Assembly: GCA_042568575.1 (NCBI GenBank)
Contig: JBHPIO010000002.1
Span: 1-64,000 of the forward strand
Reading direction: 5' to 3'
Length of the DNA: 64,000 nt
DNA from: Patescibacteria group bacterium
GTDB lineage: Bacteria > Patescibacteriota > Gracilibacteria > UBA1369 > PNNO01
The notes under the pieces were generated by a model. That model searched no databases, was not told the DNA's origin, and worked only from the letters and a program-made list of their open reading frames with translations. Of the stretch, positions 56,079 to 64,000 are shown in pieces. How positions within the stretch are numbered: the stretch's first letter is position 1; the number at the start of each line of letters is the position of its first letter. The position numbers and the translations under genes were made by a program.

Positions 56079-58475
56079 TTAACGGTTGGTTTTAAGGCGG
56101 GCTTCTAATTTTCTTAGAAGCTCAACCGGCCTGAAAGGTTTTTGAATATATGCCTCGTTATCTTTTTTAACGATTTCGTTTACACTTGAATGTCCTCGGG
56201 GATAGCCTGACATGTAAATAACATCTGGATCAGTTTTAGTTTTTTCCTTAATTTCTTTTATCATTTCCGGACCACTCATCTTGGGCATAACGATATCTGT
56301 TAGGATGCAGTCGATTTTTTCATTTTTCGCTTTTGTAATTGCGTCATCAACATTTGCAGCATCAATTACTGTATACCCTGCCATCTCAAGCGTTTTGCAT
56401 AGCAGTTCTTTAACAATATCTTCGTCTTCAACAACCATAATTGTTGCATCATTACGTTGATTTTCTATAGATGTTTGATATTTTACTTCTTGAATTTCTT
56501 CTTCTTCGTTAGCCAATGGGAAATAGATTTTAAACGTTGCTCCTTTGCCTACCTTGCTTTCAACGTGAATATCACCACCACTTTGTTTAACTATTCCGTA
56601 TGACGTAGCAAGTCCAAGTCCTGTTCCTTTGTCTGGAGCTTTGGTAGTGAAAAATGGCTCAAAAATTCTATTCATTGTTTTATCGTCCATTCCTTCTCCT
56701 GTATCTGAAATTTCCAGCATTACATAACTTCCTTCTTCAAGACCATTAGTTTTTGGCATGTAAAACTTCTTTTCAAATTCAACATTACTTGTTTTTATTG
56801 TGATAGTTCCTCCGTTTGGCATTGCATCACGGGCATTCCCAGCAAGATTCATAATTACCTGTTGAAGCTGTCCCGGATCCACTTTGATGTTTTTCTGTTC
56901 TGCTTTAGGAATAAATTTTATTTCAATTGTTTCTTCAACCATTCTTTCGAGTATGTTGAAATATTCATTTATGAATTTGTTGATATCCAGAACCTTTGGT
57001 TGGAGAACTTGTTTTCGACTAAATGCCAGAAGCTGCTTGATAAGATGGGCTGCTTTTTCCGATGAATTAAAAATGGTTTCTAGATCATGATATAAAGGGC
57101 TTTTCGGATCAAGCTTCATTTTTGCAAGCTGACTACTCCCCATTATTATTGTGAGAATATTGTTGAAATCATGCGCGATTCCTCCTGCCAAAGTTCCAAT
57201 AGCTTCCATTTTTGCGGCTTGATTTAATTGTTCTTCAAGGATTTTCTTTTCTTCCTCGGCAACTTTTTGTTTCGTGATATCAATTGCCATTTCATAACGC
57301 ACTTTTTTCCCATTTGGCCATGCAATGGCTCTGTCTAAACATTTATACCATTTCTTGTTTTTCTTGTTTTGAGATTCCCAAATATATGTTTTTCCCAAAT
57401 TTTTTCCAAAAATTTTATTATTTGTACAAAAAGTACAGGGCGTATTTTTACCATGAAAAGCTTCATAACATTTTTGTCCCACAACAGCTCCAAAAGCATC
57501 TTCTGTTGCCTTGTTAACATAAAGCAATTCGTGAGTATCCGGATCGGCAACATAAATTGTCTCATCAATACTGTTGTACATGGTTCTAAATTGGATACGT
57601 TCTTTTACCAGGGAAATTGTTGTTCCTATGGTTGAAGCAATGATTTCCAATAAATGTATATCTTCATCCCTCCAGGTGCGTTCGTTTACGCAATCATCAA
57701 AGCCAATAAACCCCCAGATTTTATCTCCTACTTTAATAGGGAGGAGTGCAATGGAGCGGATGTCCTGAGCTTCCAGTATTTCTCTATCTTCTTTTGCCAT
57801 TTTTCGAACAACTCCCGAGAAAATTTTATTATTTAAAATACTGTTTCGTACATTTTTTGAGAGAGCATTGAGTGATAGATTTTGTAATACAGGATTATCT
57901 ATTTCCGGTTTTATCCCTTCAGCAACAGATTCTCTAAATTGACTCATGAAATATTTTTTTTTATTGTCTTCATAGATTTTAAAAATATAAGCTCTGCTTA
58001 CATTTGCCACTTTTACCAATTTATCAAGAATTTCTTGAAACGCTTCAGATGGACGTTCCGCTTTTACAAGGCTGTTGATACAACTATTTGCAGTCTTCTC
58101 ATATCTCAGTCTTTCCTGAAGAGCATCTTCTGAATTTTTCCGTTTGGTTACATTTTGGAATTGAGCTACGTATCCGCACAATTCTTTTGAATCATTTTCA
58201 TAAATCGGAGTGATTGTCATATCAAGAAAAATTTCCCCTTTTTTAATAGATGATGCAGTTGAATATTTTTTACGTTTTCCAAATTCAAAAGGTATCAGCG
58301 ATTTTATGGATTTTCCTTTTTTAAGGTCTGTTTTTTGTTTTTTGTTAAGTAAATATGGATCTTCGAATACATCAAATCCTTTAATAGAAGAGTCATTTTG
58401 GAGTCCAAATATTTCAGTACACACTTTGTTTGCTTCAAAGAGTTTGCCTTCTTTATCAAAAATCACAATCCCCAA
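56079..58475 (-). CDS. Hybrid sensor histidine kinase (PAS-GAF-PAS-HisKA-HATPase-REC); true start uncertain
   Basis: LAGGIAHDFNNIL, NARDAM, DTG.GM, FEPFFTTK, GTGLGL, receiver D..MP and KP. Confidence 0.9.
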   Translation of the reverse strand: MGIVIFDKEGKLFEANKVCTEIFGLQNDSSIKGFDVFEDPYLLNKKQKTDLKKGKSIKSLIPFEFGKRKKYSTASSIKKGEIFLDMTITPIYENDSKELCGYVAQFQNVTKRKNSEDALQERLRYEKTANSCINSLVKAERPSEAFQEILDKLVKVANVSRAYIFKIYEDNKKKYFMSQFRESVAEGIKPEIDNPVLQNLSLNALSKNVRNSILNNKIFSGVVRKMAKEDREILEAQDIRSIALLPIKVGDKIWGFIGFDDCVNERTWRDEDIHLLEIIASTIGTTISLVKERIQFRTMYNSIDETIYVADPDTHELLYVNKATEDAFGAVVGQKCYEAFHGKNTPCTFCTNNKIFGKNLGKTYIWESQNKKNKKWYKCLDRAIAWPNGKKVRYEMAIDITKQKVAEEEKKILEEQLNQAAKMEAIGTLAGGIAHDFNNILTIIMGSSQLAKMKLDPKSPLYHDLETIFNSSEKAAHLIKQLLAFSRKQVLQPKVLDINKFINEYFNILERMVEETIEIKFIPKAEQKNIKVDPGQLQQVIMNLAGNARDAMPNGGTITIKTSNVEFEKKFYMPKTNGLEEGSYVMLEISDTGEGMDDKTMNRIFEPFFTTKAPDKGTGLGLATSYGIVKQSGGDIHVESKVGKGATFKIYFPLANEEEEIQEVKYQTSIENQRNDATIMVVEDEDIVKELLCKTLEMAGYTVIDAANVDDAITKAKNEKIDCILTDIVMPKMSGPEMIKEIKEKTKTDPDVIYMSGYPRGHSSVNEIVKKDNEAYIQKPFRPVELLRKLEARLKTNR

Positions 58476-58630
58476 AGGAGAGTCTGCAAAGATTTTTTGG
58501 CATAACGGTTTCCGCTTTTTATGATCCGCTCCATTAATAGTTTGGGAGATTAAGGGCAGCCGAAGTATATATGAAAAAAACTATGAAAAGAATGGAACTA
58601 AGTCATAAATTCATAACTGTGCACCATCTT

Positions 58631-59317
58631 TTACCATATCCCTGGAATGAGTCTATACCTCACCTTTTTTGTATACTCTTTGTATCCTTCAAGTTCTTTT
58701 TGCAAAGTTTTGTCCTCAAGGGCAGTGCGAATGATAAGTGCGATGACCCATAAAACGGCAGGAATAAGTGACCATAGTGATCCAAGGATAATCGCTGAGC
58801 TTGGAGCGATAAGAAAAGCTCCAATGTATCCTGGATGTCTCACAAATTGATATGGCCCGTTTTGAATTACTTTTTGCCCACGATCCTTTTGAATTCTTAC
58901 TACACTGGAGAAAAAATTGTTAGTCCACATTGCCCATAAAATAATTACATACCCTACAGCATGAGTGATGTAGCCCATAATATAAATGGAAGTTGGAATC
59001 TCGGGTGAAAGCATGAATCTTCCACCGTCTAGAGGTCCTAGAATTAGAATTCCAAAATAAAATAGTATGTTAAAAGCAAAAAAAACTTTATCCCATGATT
59101 TCATTCCTGGCCCCGGCTTCATTCGTTCTTTAAGAAGATCTCTTTTGTCTCTAAATAAAATGAGAATAACAAATGCTGCTGTCATGCCGATTCCAAAAAA
59201 TACCCACCCTTGCCAGTAATCAAAGCGTCCAGCAAGCAGGAAAATAAGGACGAAAAAGGACGTCATTTTAAGAATTCCGCTCACAGCAAACTTAAGCATA
59301 TCTGATTTTTTACTCAT
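58631..59317 (-). CDS. Isoprenylcysteine carboxylmethyltransferase (ICMT/PEMT) family protein
   Basis: N.FFS..VRIQ, GPY..VRHPGY, R..LED..L..EL.GY. Confidence 0.88.
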   Translation of the reverse strand: MSKKSDMLKFAVSGILKMTSFFVLIFLLAGRFDYWQGWVFFGIGMTAAFVILILFRDKRDLLKERMKPGPGMKSWDKVFFAFNILFYFGILILGPLDGGRFMLSPEIPTSIYIMGYITHAVGYVIILWAMWTNNFFSSVVRIQKDRGQKVIQNGPYQFVRHPGYIGAFLIAPSSAIILGSLWSLIPAVLWVIALIIRTALEDKTLQKELEGYKEYTKKVRYRLIPGIW

Positions 59318-59700
59318 ATTTTAAATTGTTTAAATGTTTTAATAATATCAGGATATCCATACCACGGAATTCCTTCCCACAAAGAGAAGCTTACCGAATA
59401 GTCTGACACATTGATTTGCATCACAGGTGAGCCAAAAGTTTCTCCATCTTCATCTACTTTTACAATAAAAACGTTAGTTACGTCAGAATTTTCCGGATCT
59501 GCGTTTTCGTTTACGTCGTGGCCTGATGGATAATTAAAGGAGAATCCGTTTTCGCTGGTGTATGTCTGCCATTTTGGCGCTTCGGTGTCGACTTTTTTAT
59601 CCGAATCTTGTAACAAGAAAGATGTTCCAGCTCCCGTAATGGCAGCTGTAGTAATCACTAGGAGAGGAACTGCCCAAAAATGTACATATTTATGTTTCAT
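59314..59700 (-). CDS. Membrane-anchored hypothetical protein, PsbP-like motif
   Basis: N-terminal TM; WQTYT...GFSFNYP. Confidence 0.6.
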   Translation of the reverse strand: MKHKYVHFWAVPLLVITTAAITGAGTSFLLQDSDKKVDTEAPKWQTYTSENGFSFNYPSGHDVNENADPENSDVTNVFIVKVDEDGETFGSPVMQINVSDYSVSFSLWEGIPWYGYPDIIKTFKQFKI

Positions 59701-59705
59701 AATTT

Positions 59706-59942
59706 CTAAAATTTATAGAGATAAATCGCTAAAGCAGAGTGATAAATCACCGAAATAAAGAAAATCCACCAGAGATAACAGTGAATTGCGTAGAACTTTT
59801 TGAACCATTTGGATTTGAAGAGCCAGTTAAAGATTTTCGGTCCAGAGATACATCTGCAGCTAAAAAAGATTAAAACAACAAGCACAATATTAGTAATGCC
59901 GAGATAGTAGATCATCTTCGAAGAGAAGAGAAAGTCGAGCAT
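59706..59942 (-). CDS. Small membrane protein
   Basis: 2 TM; FSCRC, H..LW...H pattern. Confidence 0.6.
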   Translation of the reverse strand: MLDFLFSSKMIYYLGITNIVLVVLIFFSCRCISGPKIFNWLFKSKWFKKFYAIHCYLWWIFFISVIYHSALAIYLYKF

Positions 59943-59943
59943 G

Positions 59944-60108
59944 TTAGTTTTTTGCTAAAAGAGAGATTAGGACTGCAAGTGCGAAACCTGTTCCAAGTGC
60001 GATAAGAACACCTGCAACTAAATTTGAAGTAATCATTCCTACTCCAGCTCCAATTAGGACTGCAGCAATTAATAGCATTACGATAGACCATTCTTTTTTG
60101 TGACTCAT
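59944..60108 (-). CDS. Small 2-TM protein (54 aa, not in the ORF track)
   Basis: MSHKKEWSIVMLLIAAVLIGAGVG...LLAKN; packed between neighbours. Confidence 0.55.
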   Translation of the reverse strand: MSHKKEWSIVMLLIAAVLIGAGVGMITSNLVAGVLIALGTGFALAVLISLLAKN

Positions 60109-60147
60109 GTTGGAAGAATTATTGAATACACTGTTAGTATTATAAGG

Positions 60148-60261
60148 CTAACCGTGAACTAATTCCAACAATTTAACGATTCTGCCTTTATCCATCTCTT
60201 TCAAAGAGCCGATTTGAGGAGATTTTTGTTTCTCAATATATTCGTCGACTTTTTTATCCAT
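60148..60261 (-). pseudogene. Possible internally deleted DUF1801/YdhG-like remnant (37 aa)
   Basis: MDKKVDEYIEKQKSPQ start joined directly to a SLKEMD..RIVKLL C-terminal-like end. Confidence 0.4.
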
Positions 60262-60270
60262 TTGAAAGGG

Positions 60271-60657
60271 TTATTTTCGATTCGAAGACATAATAAATAG
60301 CACTCCGGGAACAGCAATTATTACCAACAAAATATAAGGAACTACAAACCTGGTGTCTTCTGTGATTGGCCAATGAATGAGAAGTATGGGTAGAGTTGCT
60401 AAACAGAACAGGAGGTTGATGCTCCCACCGATTTTCTCTTTGCGCCACGCGATTACCAGCCCGACAACCGCAATAAGCATGAATAATGGCGGCAGATTTT
60501 CAATAAAAGGATAGTCTTCAACCGCATATGGATCTGCTTTCCCCGTTGTTATCCAACTTACTAAATGTCCAACGAGTATTAATAAACCGTATAGAATAAC
60601 AGGGCCACTCCAAATTCGTGCAATCTTGCGTGTTAGTTTTTTAGACTTGTTTTGCAT
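60271..60657 (-). CDS. Membrane protein (4 TM)
   Basis: ARIWS...IAWRKEKIGG pattern; start probably MQNK. Confidence 0.65.
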   Translation of the reverse strand: MQNKSKKLTRKIARIWSGPVILYGLLILVGHLVSWITTGKADPYAVEDYPFIENLPPLFMLIAVVGLVIAWRKEKIGGSINLLFCLATLPILLIHWPITEDTRFVVPYILLVIIAVPGVLFIMSSNRK

Positions 60658-60661
60658 ACCT

Positions 60662-61171
60662 CTATTTTTGAAATATAGATGTAAATCTTGCTTCACTCAT
60701 AACTTTAACTACTTCTTCAGGAGTGAAAACTTTACCGTTAATGCAAACGTAAACGCCAGGGGATAAATCTTCAGATTTTGCTACAGCATAACCAAGACTA
60801 AAAGGCCCATCAGATGGCGAAAATCCATTTATTGGAATTGCTGATGCGGTCAAAATAACAGTCTGGTCGTCTCTTTCCAGGTTTGCTTTGAGGTAGCGAG
60901 CGGTATCCGGCATCGTGTAAGTTCCGTGAGTAATAATTATTTTTGTGTGCTTGCTATCTTCGACAGCTTTTAAAATATCTTTTAGATCATCTGGTAAAAT
61001 GTCACGACTATCTTTCATGCAAACTTCAGTAAACTCACTTTTGCAGTGAAGCTTTAAACTTTCGACAAATCTTGGAATAATCGATTTTTCATTTGGTACT
61101 GCAGTGTCCTTACTCGTATCATAATATGAGTCAATTGTTCCACCAGTAATAATAAAATGAATTGTTTCCAT
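60662..61171 (-). CDS. Short asparaginase/glutaminase N-terminal domain protein
   Basis: TGGTI, KDS, ITHGT.TM, VILT; no C-terminal domain. Confidence 0.85.
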   Translation of the reverse strand: METIHFIITGGTIDSYYDTSKDTAVPNEKSIIPRFVESLKLHCKSEFTEVCMKDSRDILPDDLKDILKAVEDSKHTKIIITHGTYTMPDTARYLKANLERDDQTVILTASAIPINGFSPSDGPFSLGYAVAKSEDLSPGVYVCINGKVFTPEEVVKVMSEARFTSIFQK

Positions 61172-61219
61172 TAATGAGTTTGTTAAAGCGAGTCAATAAT
61201 ACCATATTGATATGAATTT

Positions 61220-61417
61220 TTAGACAGGGTTTTCTGGGGATTCTCCATCCAACACTTCTGTAATTCGAGCACGGGGACTTCTATCTTGAAGTGATGTGCC
61301 TAAATATACTCTTCTTATCCAATCTCTATCTATCCAGTTTCCTAATGGTTTGGTTCTCGCCCCTTCTGCGTGTTGAGTTTGCTCACCTACTCTTTCCGTT
61401 TGTCCCTCAGTTGTCAT
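61220..61417 (-). CDS. Small hypothetical protein
   Basis: MTTEGQTE... 65 aa. Confidence 0.4.
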   Translation of the reverse strand: MTTEGQTERVGEQTQHAEGARTKPLGNWIDRDWIRRVYLGTSLQDRSPRARITEVLDGESPENPV

Positions 61418-61491
61418 AATGTATGATTGTAATTGAATGCCTCCATACAATAATAACATATAAACTTTTTTTGTTAAGTAATAAAGATTTT

Positions 61492-62091
61492 ATGAAAGCT
61501 ATATTAGTAATTTTGATTGCCACATTGATGGTTGTTTCGGGCTGCTCTTTTAATAATTCGTCTGAGCAAACTAGGCAAATAGTTGAAGTTGATTCGTATG
61601 CTTCTTGCCTTAAGGTAGAGCTTCGTGACATTGAAGAAAATCCAATTCTCGTTCCAGATGAAATAACAGAATCATTTGATTGCGTTACTGGTGCGGCTTC
61701 CTTGTCGCCGAATAGTGAATACCTGATTTATGATTATGAGGAGGATTTGAAGCTGTATGATTTTGATTCGGAAAATATAGAAATTTTAACTTCATTTAAG
61801 GATTCGTTAGAGGGAATTAGTTGTATTTGGAATGATGTGGGTACGGAAGTTGCTTGTGTGGCCGTGAATCAAGAAGAATATGATGGTGCGACGAAAATTT
61901 TTATATTTGAAATTGAGGAGGGTGAACTTGTTGAAAAGCAAGGGTTTGCGCAAACTCACGAAACGATGGTTGATTTTATATGTGGAGCTTCATGTTATCC
62001 CGGAGATTTTTGGTTTGAGGGTGGAAATATTTTGAAATACAGAGGTCACAATATGATTGCGCCGGACGAGGTGTTTGAAATTGAGTATTAA
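61492..62091 (+). CDS. Acidic lipoprotein with TolB/PD40-like beta repeats
   Basis: MKAIL...VSGC lipobox; LSPNSEYLIY. Confidence 0.7.
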   Translation: MKAILVILIATLMVVSGCSFNNSSEQTRQIVEVDSYASCLKVELRDIEENPILVPDEITESFDCVTGAASLSPNSEYLIYDYEEDLKLYDFDSENIEILTSFKDSLEGISCIWNDVGTEVACVAVNQEEYDGATKIFIFEIEEGELVEKQGFAQTHETMVDFICGASCYPGDFWFEGGNILKYRGHNMIAPDEVFEIEY

Positions 62092-62145
62092 AATGTGAGG
62101 CGTCTAAAGGATAGAGGTGGCAGGCATGAAAGAGACAAGGGGAGG

Positions 62146-62568
62146 CTATCTTTTTTCACCACACTTTAAACATGAATTTCTATGGACACAAAGTAATTCC
62201 CCGCATTTGAGACATTTCCATCTTTCTTGTTCGGCTTTAACAAATTTTCTGATTCCCGATTTTTTAATGTTCTCCAAATTTTCAAGCATACTCATTCCAT
62301 ATTTAGTTCGGTATCTCTTATCAAGATTTTTAAGCCTTGTGCACGGATATTTGTCGCATTTATCTGAGCAAAACTTCATTTTCTTTTCCTTCAGAACTTT
62401 GCAATGTTTTATAATGCATTTTCTACAATACTCTGGTTTTTTCTCACTCATAGCTCTGCATCCGGGACATTTATTTTTATCTCTAAGATAACCGATGCAT
62501 GTCCCACAATTCATTCCGCAAGGAGCAATCAGTTTAGGAGTAATTGTAGATTTTGTGTTCATATTCAT
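62146..62568 (-). CDS. DUF3795 family Cys-rich protein
   Basis: APCGMNC..C, CPGC, C.IK.C, FC..C..YPC. Confidence 0.82.
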   Translation of the reverse strand: MNMNTKSTITPKLIAPCGMNCGTCIGYLRDKNKCPGCRAMSEKKPEYCRKCIIKHCKVLKEKKMKFCSDKCDKYPCTRLKNLDKRYRTKYGMSMLENLENIKKSGIRKFVKAEQERWKCLKCGELLCVHRNSCLKCGEKR

Positions 62569-62904
62569 TGATAAGACTCATCAAAGTAGTATATATGCGC
62601 AGTTCAAAGAGTGTTAAATGGAGGGACTGGAAGAGCCTAACACCTTTAAGAACATTGAGCCCTGCTTTTTTAATTGTATCAATAATAGTTTCTCTTCGTA
62701 GGCCTACTGCTTCAACTATAACCGCTTTCCTTTTAGTATTTTCTAACAAAACCTCAATTGCTTTTGTTTCAATAGTGCACTCACTCATATATTCTCATTA
62801 AACTTGCAAAACTTGCAGTTAATTTAGTTATTTCAGGTGCTGGACTTTCAGAATCAACAATAACAGTTTCAATTGGCATGATTTAAATTTTATTGATATG
62901 TAAC

Positions 62905-63945
62905 TTAAAGTTTTTCAGCTTCTACAATGCAGTAAAATGGTTCGATATCAAGTTTTTCACCGAACTGGATATATTCTGTCATTTTTAATCCACATTTTTT
63001 TAAAAATGATTCAGCTGCTGCTTTGGGATCATTTGACATATCTATACCAAATTTCGCAGGCTCTCCCATTTTTTCTATTATACTCATAAATCTTTTAGCT
63101 TCTTTTGAATATTCACCTTCTGCGAATGCTTTGGAATAAAAGTCTTGAGCGATGATACTCCCATCTACACATAAATCAGCCATTTCCCTAAGATTTTCTT
63201 TGACAATATCAGCTTCTAAATATAAAGAAACGCTTTGCCAAAGGAACAAAGTCTTTTTTGTTTTGTCAAAACCAGCTTCTACTAGTTTATCAACCCAGGA
63301 TTCGTTTGCGTAATCAACTGGGATATAGGTGATCCAATCGTGCTCAATTCTTGCTTTTTTCATTGTTTCAACTTTAACGTTTAGTGTGTTAGCCTGGTCG
63401 AGTTCAAAAACCTTCACTTTTTTTCCTTTTGTAAAGTGCAAAGCTATTAGATCAAAGCCAGCTCCAGGAAGGACAATCTGCTCCATTTCATCAACATATT
63501 TTTCCATTATCTTGTCAAACATGAGCACTCGAATACCAGCAGTGGAATCTCCGGTCTCTTTACCTCGTTCAACTAGTTTTCCAAGCAGAGCAGGGAAACC
63601 GGTTAACCTCACTGAAATGATAAGAGCTCCCAGAATCGACCACATACCAAAATGTGATTCACATGGAAACTTTTTTATAAACGCAACAGAAAGAGGATCC
63701 GGTCTGGTATTAAAATAATGCATCATCCACCTATATTGAAGCGCTTTAATTGCCGAGAAGGAGACACCCAGTTTCTTGCTTTTCCTCATTTCCTTGTAAA
63801 TTGCTACTATTATTCCAATAATAGCAAAAGGAATGAAGATTATTTGAATCGATATATAAAGGATGATTTGAAAAAGCTTTATTAAGAAACGTAATATTCT
63901 GGGAAGCTGTTTCTTTTTGTTACCTATCGTTAGATTCTCCTTCAT
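62905..63945 (-). CDS. Class I SAM-dependent methyltransferase (LCM-like)
   Basis: R...FD, QIV..GAGFD, FELD, K, PVD, V..YL. Confidence 0.85.
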   Translation of the reverse strand: MKENLTIGNKKKQLPRILRFLIKLFQIILYISIQIIFIPFAIIGIIVAIYKEMRKSKKLGVSFSAIKALQYRWMMHYFNTRPDPLSVAFIKKFPCESHFGMWSILGALIISVRLTGFPALLGKLVERGKETGDSTAGIRVLMFDKIMEKYVDEMEQIVLPGAGFDLIALHFTKGKKVKVFELDQANTLNVKVETMKKARIEHDWITYIPVDYANESWVDKLVEAGFDKTKKTLFLWQSVSLYLEADIVKENLREMADLCVDGSIIAQDFYSKAFAEGEYSKEAKRFMSIIEKMGEPAKFGIDMSNDPKAAAESFLKKCGLKMTEYIQFGEKLDIEPFYCIVEAEKL

Positions 63946-64000
63946 TTGTATAGTATGTTATGCTTTCTTGCCACGGATGGTAAGAAAACAGCAATAAATA

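Noticed and set aside
58631-63945. Integron cassette array
   Set aside because: No integrase and no convincing repeated attC structures by eye; intergenic gaps are mostly too short
1-64000. Genetic code 25 (TGA=Gly) as in Gracilibacteria/Absconditabacteria
   Set aside because: Long Gly-rich conserved genes (uvrB, prs, A2M) are full length under code 11 with no in-frame TGA
1-64000. tRNA, rRNA, transposase or prophage genes
   Set aside because: None recognised by eye; a covariance-model scan would be needed to exclude RNA genes

Overview
AT-rich bacterial window (genetic code 11, dense genes, native genes mostly without Shine-Dalgarno sites). Gene content (SLH proteins, many orphans, FtsI with insertions, split transketolase) suggests a Patescibacteria/CPR organism, probably Peregrinibacteria-like; this is an inference. 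Left to right: Type IIG-like restriction-methylase and a SIR2-like gene; frameshifted hicA plus antitoxin; an ECF sigma operon; M16 peptidase; ftsI; GH18-SLH; three large Lys-rich orphans (one with a PT-TG-like pre-toxin motif); folate and pentose-phosphate clusters; uvrB; GGDEF; lemA/DUF2207; a hybrid histidine kinase; and small accessory genes. Two candidate new systems stand out. (1) An ECF sigma factor directly followed by a 1811-aa membrane-anchored alpha-2-macroglobulin with an anti-sigma-like N-terminus, no thioester motif and a Hint (intein-like) domain in its bait region. An identical bipartite promoter (ACCGCAACTT-N12-GTGTTATTGA) precedes both the sigma gene and the downstream lipoprotein pair. 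(2) Three isolated high-GC genes, one encoding a MYXO-CTERM protein, each with an AT-rich sigma70-type promoter, a strong SD site unlike native genes, and structured, partly complementary 5'/3' UTRs. No rRNA, tRNA, CRISPR array or transposase was recognised. All family calls are by eye, without database searches.
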